A stretch of DNA of 62,931 nt, filler included, from Octopus bimaculoides (taxonomy: Eukaryota): NCBI RefSeq assembly GCF_001194135.2. It is 4 parts of 4 records of this genome, joined end to end, with 100 filler letters (N's around TTAATTAATTAA, not from the genome) between each part and the next. Parts side by side here need not be neighbours in the genome. Positions count along the whole stretch, not along the records: positions 1 to 22,316 come from NC_069009.1; 3 more parts are not named here. One strand, written 5' to 3'. A model generated the notes under the pieces. That model searched no databases. It was not told the origin of the DNA and worked only from the letters and a program-made list of their open reading frames with translations. Positions 1 to 12,650 of the stretch are shown in pieces (the first letter of the stretch is position 1; the number at the start of each line of letters is the position of its first letter). Position numbers and translations under genes: made by a program.

Positions 1-175
1 CACCCCCTCCCTCTCTTCCCTCCCACCTCCATTCTCTCTGTCTTGTGCCAGGCTGCAGTTTTGTTGCACAGCAAGGAACACATTGTTTGTTATTATTGGA
101 TTCTTGTAGTCTGGTCTCTGATCTTTATACTTCTTTATTGTAATTGTGGTCATTAATTTTCATCATCATTATTTA

Positions 176-410
176 GGCAGTGAGTTTGGCATAATCGTTA
201 GCACACCGGGCAGAAAGCTTAGCGGCGTTTCATTCATCTTTATGTTCCGAGTTCAAATTCCACCAAGGTGGACTTTGCCTTTCATCTTTCCAGGGTTGCT
301 AAAGTGAGTACCAGTTCGTGGTCAATGTAATCAAGTAGTTCCCTCCCCCAAAATTTCAGGCCTTGTACCTTTAACAGAAGGCATTATTATCATTATTATT
401 ATTATTATTA
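176..410 (+). mobile_element. SINE-like family A copy with (ATT)n tail
   Basis: Head GGCAGTGAG..GTTAGCA, B-box-like GAGTTCAAATTCC, body GACTTTGCCTTTCATC, ATT-repeat tail; more than 10 related copies in the window. Confidence 0.85.
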
Positions 411-552
411 TGTTTTTTTTTGCTTCTTTCTTCAAATTTTCTTTCATTTCTCGCCGAGTGTTTTCCTTACACCTAGGGCAGAGAAACTTGTATGCATTCC
501 CAGTTTACACATGCAAATTCACAGGTAAAATATGTATTTAAAACAAAAACAC

Positions 553-1385
553 CTGCTATTTCTAGCAGGTCTAGCTACCATGTTGAGGTCTCCCTCATTG
601 GCTCACATACATATATGCATACATAAGACAGCAGGGTGTGATTTAAGGGAGATTTGGCTGCTATTTCTACCCGGTCTATCTACCATGTAAAGGTCTCCCT
701 CATTGGCTCATACATACATATATACATACATAAATGAGTTGGGTGTGATTTGAGGGAGATTTGGCTGCTATTTCTACCAGCTCTATTTACCATCAACAAG
801 TCTCCCTCATTGGCTCACACACATATATGCATACATAAGACAGTAAGGTGTGATTTGAGGGAGATTTGGCTGCTATTTCTCGCAGGTGATGCTACCATGT
901 AGAAGTCTCCCTGATTGCCTCATACATACATAAGAAGGTAGGGTGTGATTTGGAGGAGACTTGGCTGTTATTTCTGTCAGATCTAGCTACCATGTAGAGG
1001 TCTCCCTCATTGCTTCATACATACATACATACATACATACATACACACATACACACACACAAACACACACACACACACACACACACACAAGACAGTAGGA
1101 TGTAATTTGAGGGAGATTTGGCTACTATTTCTACTAGGTCTAGCTACCATGAAGAGGTGTCCTTCATTGGCCCATACATAATTATATACATACATAAGAC
1201 AGTTGGGTGTGATTTGAGGGAGATTTAGCTGCTATTTCTGTCAGTTCTAGCTACCATTTAGAGATCTCAGTCATTGGCTCATATACATATATACATATGT
1301 ATATATGTATATGACAATGGGGTGGAATTGGAGGAGTATTTAGCTGGTATTTCTAGCAGATCTAGCTACCATGTCCGGGTCTTTC
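553..1385 (+). repeat. Tandem array of 8 units (about 105 bp) of a short dispersed element, each with an internal (CATA)n/(CA)n tract
   Basis: Motif CTGCTATTTCT starts at about 553, 658, 765, 870, 965, 1122, 1229 and 1344; solo relatives near 10355 and 32722. Confidence 0.9.
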
Positions 1386-1713
1386 TCTTTTAACCCTACT
1401 GTGAATCATATTGGCTATTGAACCTGGCGCCATGTGTCATCCTCTGGTCTCTGAAGTCTGCAAACCTACAAATTGAATGCCCGACAATGTGTTATGGTGA
1501 TAGAGTGGGGGTGTGAGCAGGGATGTGGGGGGTGTGAACAGGGATGTGGGGGTCGCTTTTACATTTAAAATGATGAAAAAATGTTTCGATGACCTCATGT
1601 TCACCCTCCTCCTCCCCCTTTTTTATTTTAACAATAGTTTTGGGGTTTTGACAAAGTCCCTGTTAGTAATGGTGTTTTGTATGTAGGGTTGGTGTTACTT
1701 CCGGAACCTGCTG

Positions 1714-2271
1714 TTTAGCCCTTGGTCTGTACTGATCCAGCTGACCTGTGATCAAAGTTGTTTCAGCTGTGGCCATTCTGTCTTTTAACCAGACATAGTG
1801 TATCTAGGACTACATTATCCAATGTACAATATACTAGATAATATCAGTGGGTATAATTGTTGTTTAGCCCCAGGTCAGTCCTGATCCAGTAGTCTTATGA
1901 TCAGAAAAGCTGTCCTTTAGCCCTAGGTCAGTCCTGATCCTGTAGTCTTATGGTCAGAAATCTTCCATCTGTGACCATCCCATTTTTTATTCAGACATTG
2001 TGTATCTAGGACTACATTATCTAATGTATAGTATACTAGATAGCATTAGTGGCTATGGCTGTCCTTTAGCCCCAGGTCAGTCATCATCCAGCAGACCTAT
2101 GATCAAAAATGTTCTAGCTGTGAGAATCCCATCTATTAGACATAGTGTATCTAGGACTACATTATGTAATGTACAGTATAGTTGTTAATATCAGTCGCTA
2201 TATTTAATGTTGTTTAGCCCCTGGTCAGTCCTGATCCAGTGGGCCTATGATCAAACATGTTCCAGCTGTGA

Positions 2272-2275
<4 letters not shown>
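1714..2275 (+). repeat. Tandem array with about 149-bp unit (5 starts, one truncated)
   Basis: TTTAGCCC(C)..GGTC starts at 1714, 1863, 1916, 2065 and 2213; shared AGACATAGTGTATCTAGGACTACATTAT block. Confidence 0.9.
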
Positions 2276-2364
<89 letters not shown>

Positions 2365-3695
2365 ACAGGCTTCCTTGAGTTTCTATCTACAGAATCCACT
2401 GACAAGGGTTTCGTCAGCCCAAGGCTTATAGTAGAATATACTTGCCCAAGGTGACATGCAGCGGGACTGAACCTGGAACCATGTAGTAGGGAAGAAAGCG
2501 TCTTACCACATACCTGTGTATGTGTGAGTACGTGTGCATACATACATATATATGTGTATATATGTATATATATGTATATATACACACACACACACACACA
2601 CATAATTTGTCCATGTCTTTTCCTCTTCACTTCTCTTCCCTCAATTTTACTTTAGTTCTCTTTCCACTCTCCTTCTTTCTTTTTTCCTCTTCCTTCTTCC
2701 CTTTGGACTTTCTTGTTTTTCCCTGTTTCCAAAGAAGAGCTATGCTCAGAACCTAAGACATCTACTCTTTTCTTTCTCTAAGCATCTTATTAATACTTTG
2801 CTTCTTTTCCTTTTCCCTTGATATTTTCTTTGTTTTANNNNNNNNNNNNNNNNNNNNNNNNNNNNNNNNNNNNNNNNNNNNNNNNNNNNNNNNNNNNNNN
2901 NNNNNNNNNNNNNNNNNNNNNNNNNNNNNNNNNNNNNNNNNNNNNNNNNNNNNNNNNNNNNNNNNNNNNNNNNNNNNNNNNNNNNNNNNNNNNNNNNNNN
3001 NNNNNNNNNNNNNNNNNNNNNNNNNNNNNNNNNNNNNNNNNNNNNNNNNNNNNNNNNNNNNNNNNNNNNNNNNNNNNNNNNNNNNNNNNNNNNNNNNNNN
3101 NNNNNNNNNNNNNNNNNNNNNNNNNNNNNNNNNNNNNNNNNNNNNNNNNNNNNNNNNNNNNNNNNNNNNNNNNNNNNNNNNNNNNNNNNNNNNNNNNNNN
3201 NNNNNNNNNNNNNNNNNNNNNNNNNNNNNNNNNNNNNNNNNNNNNNNNNNNNNNNNNNNNNNNNNNNNNNNNNNNNNNNNNNNNNNNNNNNNNNNNNNNN
3301 NNNNNNNNNNNNNNNNNNNNNNNNNNNNNNNNNNNNNNNNNNNNNNNNNNNNNNNNNNNNNNNNNNNNNNNNNNNNNNNNNNNNNNNNNNNNNNNNNNNN
3401 NNNNNNNNNNNNNNNNNNNNNNNNNNNNNNNNNNNNNNNNNNNNNNNNNNNNNNNNNNNNNNNNNNNNNNNNNNNNNNNNNNNNNNNNNNNNNNNNNNNN
3501 NNNNNNNNNNNNNNNNNNNNNNNNNNNNNNNNNNNNNNNNNNNNNNNNNNNNNNNNNNNNNNNNNNNNNNNNNNNNNNNNNNNNNNNNNNNNNNNNNNNN
3601 NNNNNNNNNNNNNNNNNNCACATAGACACATACATACATACATACATACTGATATGTATATCTGTATCTGTGTGTGTGTGTGTGTGTATACACAG

Positions 3696-3739
<44 letters not shown>

Positions 3740-4852
3740 ATATATGAGTGTATACGCAAGAAAAAAAGACTGAGATGGTCAAAGGAATCAGTCGCAGGAA
3801 TGATTGATGTGGCCAATTCTCACATTCCAGTGAACACGTCGGTCATTTAATTACACTTATCTGTCCACTCGTTAAAGCAAAAATATCGATGAATTAATTG
3901 ACCGAAGCTACTTGTGTGTTTAAGCCTAAATTGGTATGACATACCAAAGTGCGTGCGCTTAGTACGCTACCAACGCCATTATTTATGCCAGATTATCTCG
4001 GAGTAAACCAGGATTGTAGTTCCGTTTGTGGAGATTTTGGTGATTGTTTTTGCTTTGGTTATTTGTCGGTTTTGTCTTTTACTTGTGTCTGTGTTTGGGT
4101 TGCGGCCATGCTGGGGCAAGGTGGTGTATGGGTGAGATGGTGGCTGTAGTGGTAATAGTGTTGGCGTTAGCGCTGGCGGCAGCAGTGGTAGTAACAGTGG
4201 CAACAGCTGTGTATGAGTGTGGTGGTCGTGGTGGTAGTGGTTGTGTGAGAGTGTTATTGATGGTGGTGGGNNNNNNNNNNNNNNNNNNNNNNNNNNNNNN
4301 NNNNNNNNNNNNNNNNNNNNNNNNNNNNNNNNNNNNNNNNNNNNNNNNNNNNNNNNNNNNNNNNNNNNNNNNNNNNNNNNNNNNNNNNNNNNNNNNNNNN
4401 NNNNNNNNNNNNNNNNNNNNNNNNNNNNNNNNNNNNNNNNNNNNNNNNNNNNNNNNNNNNNNNNNNNNNNNNNNNNNNNNNNNNNNNNNNNNNNNNNNNN
4501 NNNNNNNNNNNNNNNNNNNNNNNNNNNNNNNNNNNNNNNNNNNNNNNNNNNNNNNNNNNNNNNNNNNNNNNNNNNNNNNNNNNNNNNNNNNNNNNNNNNN
4601 NNNNNNNNNNNNNNNNNNNNNNNNNNNNNNNNNNNNNNNNNNNNNNNNNNNNNNNNNNNNNNNNNNNNNNNNNNNNNNNNNNNNNNNNNNNNNNNNNNNN
4701 NNNNNNNNNNNNNNNNNNNNNNNNNNNNNNNNNNNNNNNNNNNNNNNNNNNNNNNNNNNNNNNNNNNNNNNNNNNNNNNNNNNNNNNNNNNGCACACACT
4801 CACACACACACACACACATAAATAGATAGATAATAGCAAATTTACATATATA

Positions 4853-5218
4853 GGTGCAGGCATGGTATGTGGTAAGAAGTTTGCTTCCCAACCACATGGT
4901 TTTGGGTTCAGTCCTACTGTGTGGAACCTTGGGCTGACCAAAGCTTTGTGAGTGGATTTGGTAGATGGAAACTGAAAGAAGCTTATATATGTATATGGGG
5001 GGGGGGGTGTACGTGTGACTTTTGTGTCTGCGTTTGTCCTCCACACCACTTCACAATTGGTGTTGGTGTGTTTATGTCCCTATAATAGTGGTTCAAGACA
5101 AGAGATGGATAGAATAAGTACCAAACTTTAAAAAAATATGTACCGGTGTCAAGTCATTCAAGGCAGTTCCCCAGCATGGCTGCAGTCTAATATCTGAAGC
5201 AAGTAAAAGAGAAAAGAT
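4853..5218 (+). mobile_element. SINE family B (tRNA-like head, CORE-like CCTTGGGCAAG region, central microsatellite, conserved 3' half)
   Basis: Colinear with copies at 20170, 34208, 35845(-) and 19205(-). Confidence 0.85.
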
Positions 5219-5413
5219 AACAAACTCATTCAGCACAGCCACTAGTTTCCCTCACAAAGCATTTGCAGGCCCCCAGGCTACTGTAGAAAATACTTGCCTA
5301 AAAAGCCGGAAGAGGGATTGAACCTGAAACAAATCTTCTTAACTTTATAACCACACCACTTTGCCTTCGCTTCATATGCGTGCTGGCATGTGCATGCATG
5401 TGTGTGAGTGACA

Positions 5414-5449
<36 letters not shown>

Positions 5450-5639
5450 CCCTCGTTTGCTTTACACATGAATAAACATATGACTGTTGTAACTGATATA
5501 GTGTTTGGATGAAGCACTTTTCCGGCATTTTGTACAACATTGAGGCAACTGATACATCCGCGTGTATACACCCACTCACAAACGCCTGGGTGTATCTGGT
5601 GTATATGTACATATACATCTCTCTTTTGCTTTTTTACAC

Positions 5640-6135
<496 letters not shown>

Positions 6136-6379
6136 ACTGCAGCCCCTGATAGTGTATCTGCATACAAGATATATAATGACAATGATGATGTTAATGAAAG
6201 CCGTTATGATAATGAGGGTGAAATCCACCCCAAATTAATATATGGATGTTCCAGTATTGTGTTTCCTGTCGACAACAACAACACCACCTCCAACACCAAC
6301 AATAACAAGTGAGAAGATCAAATAACAACTTAATCACAACAACGTGCTCGATTACAGACTCCATCTCATTAGAAAAAAT

Positions 6380-6855
6380 AACAAACATCATCATCATCAT
6401 CGTTGTTGTTGCTGTTGTTGTTGTCATCATCATCATGTGCATGTAACATCACCATCAAGGCTACAGTGTGTATCATTATCACCATCATCATCATCATTAT
6501 AATCATCACTACTACCACCACCATCTCCATGATCATCACCACCACCACCACGGCCATCACCACCACCACCATCACCACCACCATCATTATCATCATCACC
6601 ACCACTTCTCCCACTCATTATCTTTATTATCATCACCATCATCACTATCATCATCCTCACCACCACCACTATCATCATCATCATCACCACCACCACCACC
6701 ACCATCATCATCATCCCCATCATCACCATCAACATCAACACTACCATCATCGTCATTACCATAGTGACCACTAAAACCAACAACAAAATGAAAGCTAAAA
6801 GAGACACAAAGCAACCTCAGAAACACAACAGGAACAACAACAACAACAACAATAA
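6380..6855. repeat. (CAT)n/(CAC)n/(AAC)n trinucleotide low-complexity tract
   Basis: Direct reading; gives spurious poly-His/Thr/Met ORFs. Similar tracts lie at 10500-10740, 11240-11560, 12060-12530, 13380-13660, 17650-17960, 22740-23180 and 36790-37660. Confidence 0.95.
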
Positions 6856-7489
6856 TGTGTACCAGTTATTTTGGTACACATTGTTATGTACCTTTCCCTA
6901 CAATCCTCATCATAAAAATAATATGTGTTCACACCTTCACACTTGTCCTCTTTCTGGTATTGATGCAAATCAACAAACACATTGGACACATACATACATG
7001 CATGGTTGCTCGCATGCCCCCACACATGTATATTCAAATATAAACATACATACCTACATACAAACATACACAGCATGCATACATTCACACATATATACTT
7101 GTATGCATGCATAAAGACCTCTTTGGTTACAAATGACCATGGGATTGCACCTAGAAAGTTTCCCCTCCAAGGCACAAGTCCAGGCAAGGTTTGTTAATGG
7201 AAGACCAGCAGTTGCCCATGCATACCAGCCGCCTCTCTCTACACCACTGATCTTATCCAATGGAAAGTCAGAGGCTGATATGTGTCTTGCAAACAACCTG
7301 CACATGCAAGTGCTACCAGTCAACAACTCTGTATACCGGNNNNNNNNNNNNNNNNNNNNNNNNNNNNNNNNNNNNNNNNNNNNNNNNNNNNNNNNNNNNN
7401 NNNNNNNNNNNNNNNNNNNNNNNNNNNNNNNNNNNNNNNNNNNNNNNNAGGCCCCGCTTGCTAGATCAACTGATTATTAAACAAAGCTC

Positions 7490-7752
7490 AATATTTCTCT
7501 AGCCTTCGCTCATCGTCTCTTTTTAACCAAATCCAGTGGCTAGCCTTCTCCACTGTAGTTTGGATATCGGTAATGGTGGTATTTACCTTCCGATGAGTTA
7601 GGCCTAACGATAACAGCAGTCGTTTCACACTGTTTCCTACAAATCCTCTACATCCGACTTTGATTGGAAAATGCTCCGCTTTCCAGCCTGCATCTTCACA
7701 TTTCTCGAGGAGGTTTTCATAACGGTCCATCTTTCGAGCCCGCGCGGCGTCC
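7490..7752 (-). mobile_element. 5'-truncated non-LTR retrotransposon, C-terminal restriction-like endonuclease (Hero/NeSL-like)
   Basis: Translation RKMDRYENLLEKCEDAGWKAEHFPIKVGCRGFVGNSV...VEKASHWIWLKRDD resembles the RLE C-terminus (P-I-E-V-G-C-R-G motif) of Hero-type elements. Confidence 0.8.
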
Positions 7753-7821
7753 ATTTCTACAGCTGGAATGAACTGGAGCAACATGAAATAGAGTGACTTG
7801 TTCAAGAACACATCACGCATG

Positions 7822-8340
7822 TTGAAAGGCATCAATTCACAAGAGTTTCAGCACTGCTTCAAACAGTGGGAAACCTGTCTGGACTGATGCATTGCTTCAA
7901 ATGGAAAATAATTTGGGGGTGATAAAAGTGTAAACATGTAATAGGAGCACTCCGTCGCTTATGACGACGAGGGTCCTAGTTGATATGATCAACGGAACAG
8001 CTTGCTTGTGAAATTAACGTGCAAATGGCTGAGCACTCCACAGACATGTGTACCCCCAACGTAGTTCTCAGGGAGACTCAGCATGACACATAGAGTGACA
8101 AGGCTGGCCCTTTGAATTACAGGTACTATTCATTTTTGCCAGCTGAGTGGACTGGAGCAACCTAAAATAAAGTGTCTTGCTCAAGGACACAACGCATCGC
8201 CGGGAATTGAACTCACGACCTTATGATCGTGAGCCGAATGCCCTAACCACTAAGCCACATACCTTTACTAAACATGTAAAACTAAGTGAATAAGATAATA
8301 TTGCAAAATTCCGGTTTCTTTGGGGTATCCCCTCATATTT
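7822..8340 (+). mobile_element. Mariner 3' end (pseudogenised transposase C-terminus plus TIR-like end), interrupted by a SINE
   Basis: LKGINSQEFQHCFKQWETCLD*CIASNGK*FGGD at 7822-7925; TIR-like TTCCGGTTTCTTTGGGGTATCCCCTCATA at about 8310-8338. Confidence 0.75.
7942..8268 (-). mobile_element. tRNA-derived SINE family C, full length with 11-bp TSD
   Basis: Minus-strand A box TGGCTTAGTGG and B box GAGTTCAATTCC; TAAACATGTAA duplicated at 7931-7941 and 8269-8279. Confidence 0.9.
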
Positions 8341-8744
8341 TTGGAAACGATGTGAGGGGAAAGAATTTGGTAATCTACAAACCAAAAAGCAGCTCTGGCA
8401 TTGCTGATGATATCAAAACTGAAGTATCAACATCTAATTAATTACCAGACACTCATATTTGTACAAAACAGTTAGAACTAGTAATCAGGGATTATAAATA
8501 AATAAAACTATATCAGGTATGGTAACGGTAAGACTAAGACTACAGGTAATGCTAAATTATAGGCCCAGGTGTCTTTGGTACAGATGCAATAGGAGGCTCA
8601 GGTAGGAGTCTTAAGTAGGGTGGAAGATGTATTTGCACAGGTGCTTAGTGAAGAAGATAAAACCAAAACGACATCAAATAAAGGCAAACAAAAAAACAAA
8701 AACAAAAACAATAAGGAAAATGAAAGAAGGGGAAAATAAGGGAG

Positions 8745-8925
8745 ACTATGCTGGGGCAGTGCCTTGAAGAAGTTTTAGTCGAATGAATTGATCTCAGTAC
8801 TTTTTGCTTTTTAAGCTTGGCGCTTACTCTGTCAGTCTCTTTTTGTTTGCCAAACTGTTAAGTTATGGGGATGTAAACACACCAACACTGGTTGTCAAGT
8901 GGTGCTGGGGGGACAAACACACACA
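8745..8925 (-). mobile_element. SINE family B 3' half
   Basis: Reverse complement of the TTTGTCCCCC...CAGCATGG segment. Confidence 0.75.
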
Positions 8926-8989
8926 CACACACACACATACACACATGTCTTTCTGTCTATCTATCTGTCTATCTATATATATGTATATA

Positions 8990-9031
<42 letters not shown>

Positions 9032-9035
<4 letters not shown>

Positions 9036-9190
9036 GTTGGCATTAGGAAGGGCATCCAGCTGTAGAAACTCTGCCAAATTAGATTGGAGCCTGGTGTTGC
9101 CATCCGATTTCACCAGTCCTCAGTCAAATCGTCCAACCCATGCTAGCATGGAAAGCGGACGTTAAACGATGATGATGATGATGATGATAT
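9032..9190 (+). mobile_element. Short interspersed family D with (GAT)n tail
   Basis: GTTGGCATTAGGAAGGGCATCCAGC...CATGGAAAGCGGACGTTAAACGATGATGATG; related copies at 14840-15025, 20360-20440 and 10235-10335. Confidence 0.8.
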
Positions 9191-9837
9191 ATNNNNNNNN
9201 NNNNNNNNNNNNNNNNNNNNNNNNNNNNNNNNNNNNNNNNNNNNNNNNNNNNNNNNNNNNNNNNNNNNNNNNNNNNNNNNNNNNNNNNNNNNNNNNNNNN
9301 NNNNNNNNNNNNNNNNNNNNNNNNNNNNNNNNNNNNNNNNNNNNNNNNNNNNNNNNNNNNNNNNNNNNNNNNNNNNNNNNNNNNNNNNNNNNNNNNNNNN
9401 NNNNNNNNNNNNNNNNNNNNNNNNNNNNNNNNNNNNNNNNNNNNNNNNNNNNNNNNNNNNNNNNNNNNNNNNNNNNNNNNNNNNNNNNNNNNNNNNNNNN
9501 NNNNNNNNNNNNNNNNNNNNNNNNNNNNNNNNNNNNNNNNNNNNNNNNNNNNNNNNNNNNNNNNNNNNNNNNNNNNNNNNNNNNNNNNNNNNNNNNNNNN
9601 NNNNNNNNNNNNNNNNNNNNNNNNNNNNNNNNNNNNNNNNNNNNNNNNNNNNNNNNNNNNNNNNNNNNNNNNNNNNNNNNNNNNNNNNNNNNNNNNNNNN
9701 NNNNNNNNNNNNNNNNNNNNNNNNNNNNNNNNNNNNNNNNNNNNNNNNNNNNNNNNNNNNNNNNNNNNNNNNNNNNNNNNNNNNNNNNNNNNNNNNNNNN
9801 NNNNNNNNNNNNNNNNNNNNNNNNNNNNNNNNNNNNA

Positions 9838-10081
9838 TATAAAAGATAATAAGAGTGAAAAAACTACAGAAGGCTTGTGTTACATGGTTAAAGTATATAT
9901 TTAAATTATGTCAGAAAAATGTTAGAAAAATGTTAGAAAATCTTTTTGGTATATAAACATTGTATTATACCAAAAAGATTTTCTAACATTTTTCTAACAT
10001 TTTTCTGACATAATTTAAATATATACTTTAACCATGTAACACAAGCCTTCTGTAGTTTTTTCACTCTTATTATCTTTTATA
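9838..10081. repeat. Perfect inverted repeat, 116-bp arms, 12-nt spacer
   Basis: 9838-9953 is the exact reverse complement of 9966-10081. Confidence 0.95.
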
Positions 10082-10756
10082 CATCCAACCACGTGCTTTC
10101 ACATACCAACTTTCTCACCTATTATATATATAGGCGTAGAAGTGGCTGTGTGGTAAGTAGCTTGCTTACCAATCACATGGTTCCGGGTTCATAGCTCTTT
10201 ATCATCCAACCACAGAAACTATTCTAAAACTGACAACTGGAGCCTGGTGCAGCTCTCCAGCCTTGCCCTCTCTGGCCAAACTGTCCAGCTCTTGCAACAT
10301 GGAGGATGGACATTATATGAGGATGATGATGATATACAAAGATATATAGGACAGTAGGGTGTGATATGAGAGAGATTTGGCTGCTATTTCAGTCAACCCT
10401 TTTTCCTATGTAGATGTCTTGTTCATTTGTACATAGTGTTGGTAATTTTTGTGTGGGAGACAATGGGGTTAGCGGTGATGTGGTGGCGATGGGCATTGGT
10501 GGTAGTGTTTATGATGGTGTTGAAGATGGTGGTGGTGGTGGTGGTGTAGAGGTGATGATAACAATGATGATGCTAGTTATGGCAGTGCTGGTGGTGGTAG
10601 TGGTACTGATGATGGTAATTGTGGTGGTGGTGGTGGTGGTTGTGGTGGTGGTGGTTGTGGTGGTGGTGACGATGGTGGTAATGTTGTTGGTGGTGATGGT
10701 AGTGCAGACTGATGGTGACAGTAGTGGTGATGGTAACGGTGGTGTTAGTGGAAACA

Positions 10757-11240
10757 CATGGCTTAGTGGTTAGGGTGTTGGACTCATGAGTGTAAGATTG
10801 TGGTTTCAATTCCTGGATCAGGCCACACATTGTGTTCTTGAGCAAAACACTTCATTTCACTCCAGAAACAGACTCTCTTAAATGCCTGGATGGGAAGGTG
10901 CATGGCTTAGTGGTTGGACTCATGATTGTATGGTTGTGGTTTCAATTCCTGGATCAGGCAATACATTGTGTTCTTGAGCAAAACACTTCATTTCACATAG
11001 CTCCAGGCCACCCAACTGGCAAAAATGATGAATCCTGTGATGGACTGGTGTCCCATCCAGGTGGGGACTGTATACACCATGAAACTGGCCCTTATGATTC
11101 ACCATGACTCAAGAAGGAAACTTTACCTTCTGTGGAGGCACATGACAAAGTGGTTAGGGTGTTGAACTCATGATCTTAAGATTGTGGTTTCAATTCCTGA
11201 ACCGGGCCACATGTGTTCTTGAGCAAAATGCTTCATTTCA
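10757..11240 (+). mobile_element. Three tandem SINE family C heads
   Basis: TGGCTTAGTGGTT..GACTCATG..GTGGTTTCAATTCCT..TGTGTTCTTGAGCAAAAC repeated at about 10757, 10902 and 11140. Confidence 0.85.
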
Positions 11241-12619
11241 TGTTGGTGATGGTAATAGTAATGATTGTGATGGCTGTGATGGTGATGATGATGATGATGG
11301 TGATAGCAGTGATAGTGGTGGTGATGGAGTGGTGATGGTGGTGGTGTGATGATGGTGATAGCGGCGTGGTGGTGACGATGGCGATGATGGTTGTGATGGT
11401 ATTGGTCAAGATGGTAAAGGTGGTGATGATGATGGTGATGATGACGATGGTTAGTGATGGTGGTGGTGGGGGGTTGAAGTAGTCTCTAGTGGTAGGAGTA
11501 GCCATTGTTGCCATGATTAACAGTAGCAATAATTATAATAATAATAATAGTAATAATGCCGGTGGTGTTGGTGGGGGTGGTCACAGCATTGCTGTCAATG
11601 GTGATGGAGTGGTGCGCAGCAACCCATCACCACCACCACCTCTACTTCCCCTCCCCCCCTTTCAAGCATCACTCTATATTTCAACATGATGTACTCCTGA
11701 CTTCAGTTACAGTAAACCGATACCTTGTTGTGCCCTGCTCTGTCAAGCATTCTGGTCCCTCTGCGCTCTGCCATCCCCTTTTTTCCCTCTCTTCTGCTCT
11801 TGGCGGTGTTTTATTTTATTTTTTTTTTTGCATCTTTTTGGTTCTCGATTCCTGTCTTCAGAATCTTCCTTCTTGTTCTCCTCTAAAAGCTCTCTCTGTC
11901 AGCGCCTTAGGTTTCACTGTGATGACAAGAAGATTGAGGGCCCACTCATCATTGAGATGCAACCTCGTCTTACCGAATACTCCTTACTTCTCCGCATGTG
12001 TTTCTGCCTTGGGTTGGTCTTCCCTGGCTAGCTTTGCCCCCTCCTCCTCCTCCTCCTGTTGGTGTTGTTAGGGTGATGGTGTCGGTGATGTGATCGCTGC
12101 TTTTGCTGTTTGTTTTCATCGTCGTCGTCATCATCAACCTCATCATCATCGTCATCAGCTCTACAATCATCACTATCATTATCAACATCATCATTATCAA
12201 CATCATCCATCATCATCATCTTCAATACCATTATCATCATCAGTGTCATTACCATCACCATCATCATCATCACCTTGACAACCACCATCCCAATCATCAT
12301 TGCCAACTTCCTGATCATCACTACCATCATCAGCATCATCATCATCACCATTCATCATAACCATCATCATCTTCACCATCATCATCATCATCGATACCAT
12401 CATCATCATCATCATCACCATTCTCATCACCACCACCATCATCCCTGTCATCATCGTCATCATCACCATTCATCATAACCATCGACATCATCATCACCAT
12501 CACCATCGCCACCTCCACCATCCTCACCATCCATCAGTCTAAAAGGGTCAGGACTGTCAAAATTCCTTTACACCTCTCAGTTTCTCAAAAATTTTGTTTG
12601 TAATATTTTACTCTAAATA

Positions 12620-12650
<31 letters not shown>

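Noticed and set aside
553-2275. Repeat-spacer look of the tandem arrays (CRISPR-like)
   Set aside because: Eukaryotic context, units of 100-150 bp, spacers are microsatellites, no cas genes.
7942-8268. tRNA-like A and B boxes
   Set aside because: They belong to SINE heads; no complete cloverleaf.
11690-12060. GC-richer block with exon-like appearance
   Set aside because: No frame gave a recognisable protein and the most protein-like frames contain stops; possibly an old retroelement fragment.
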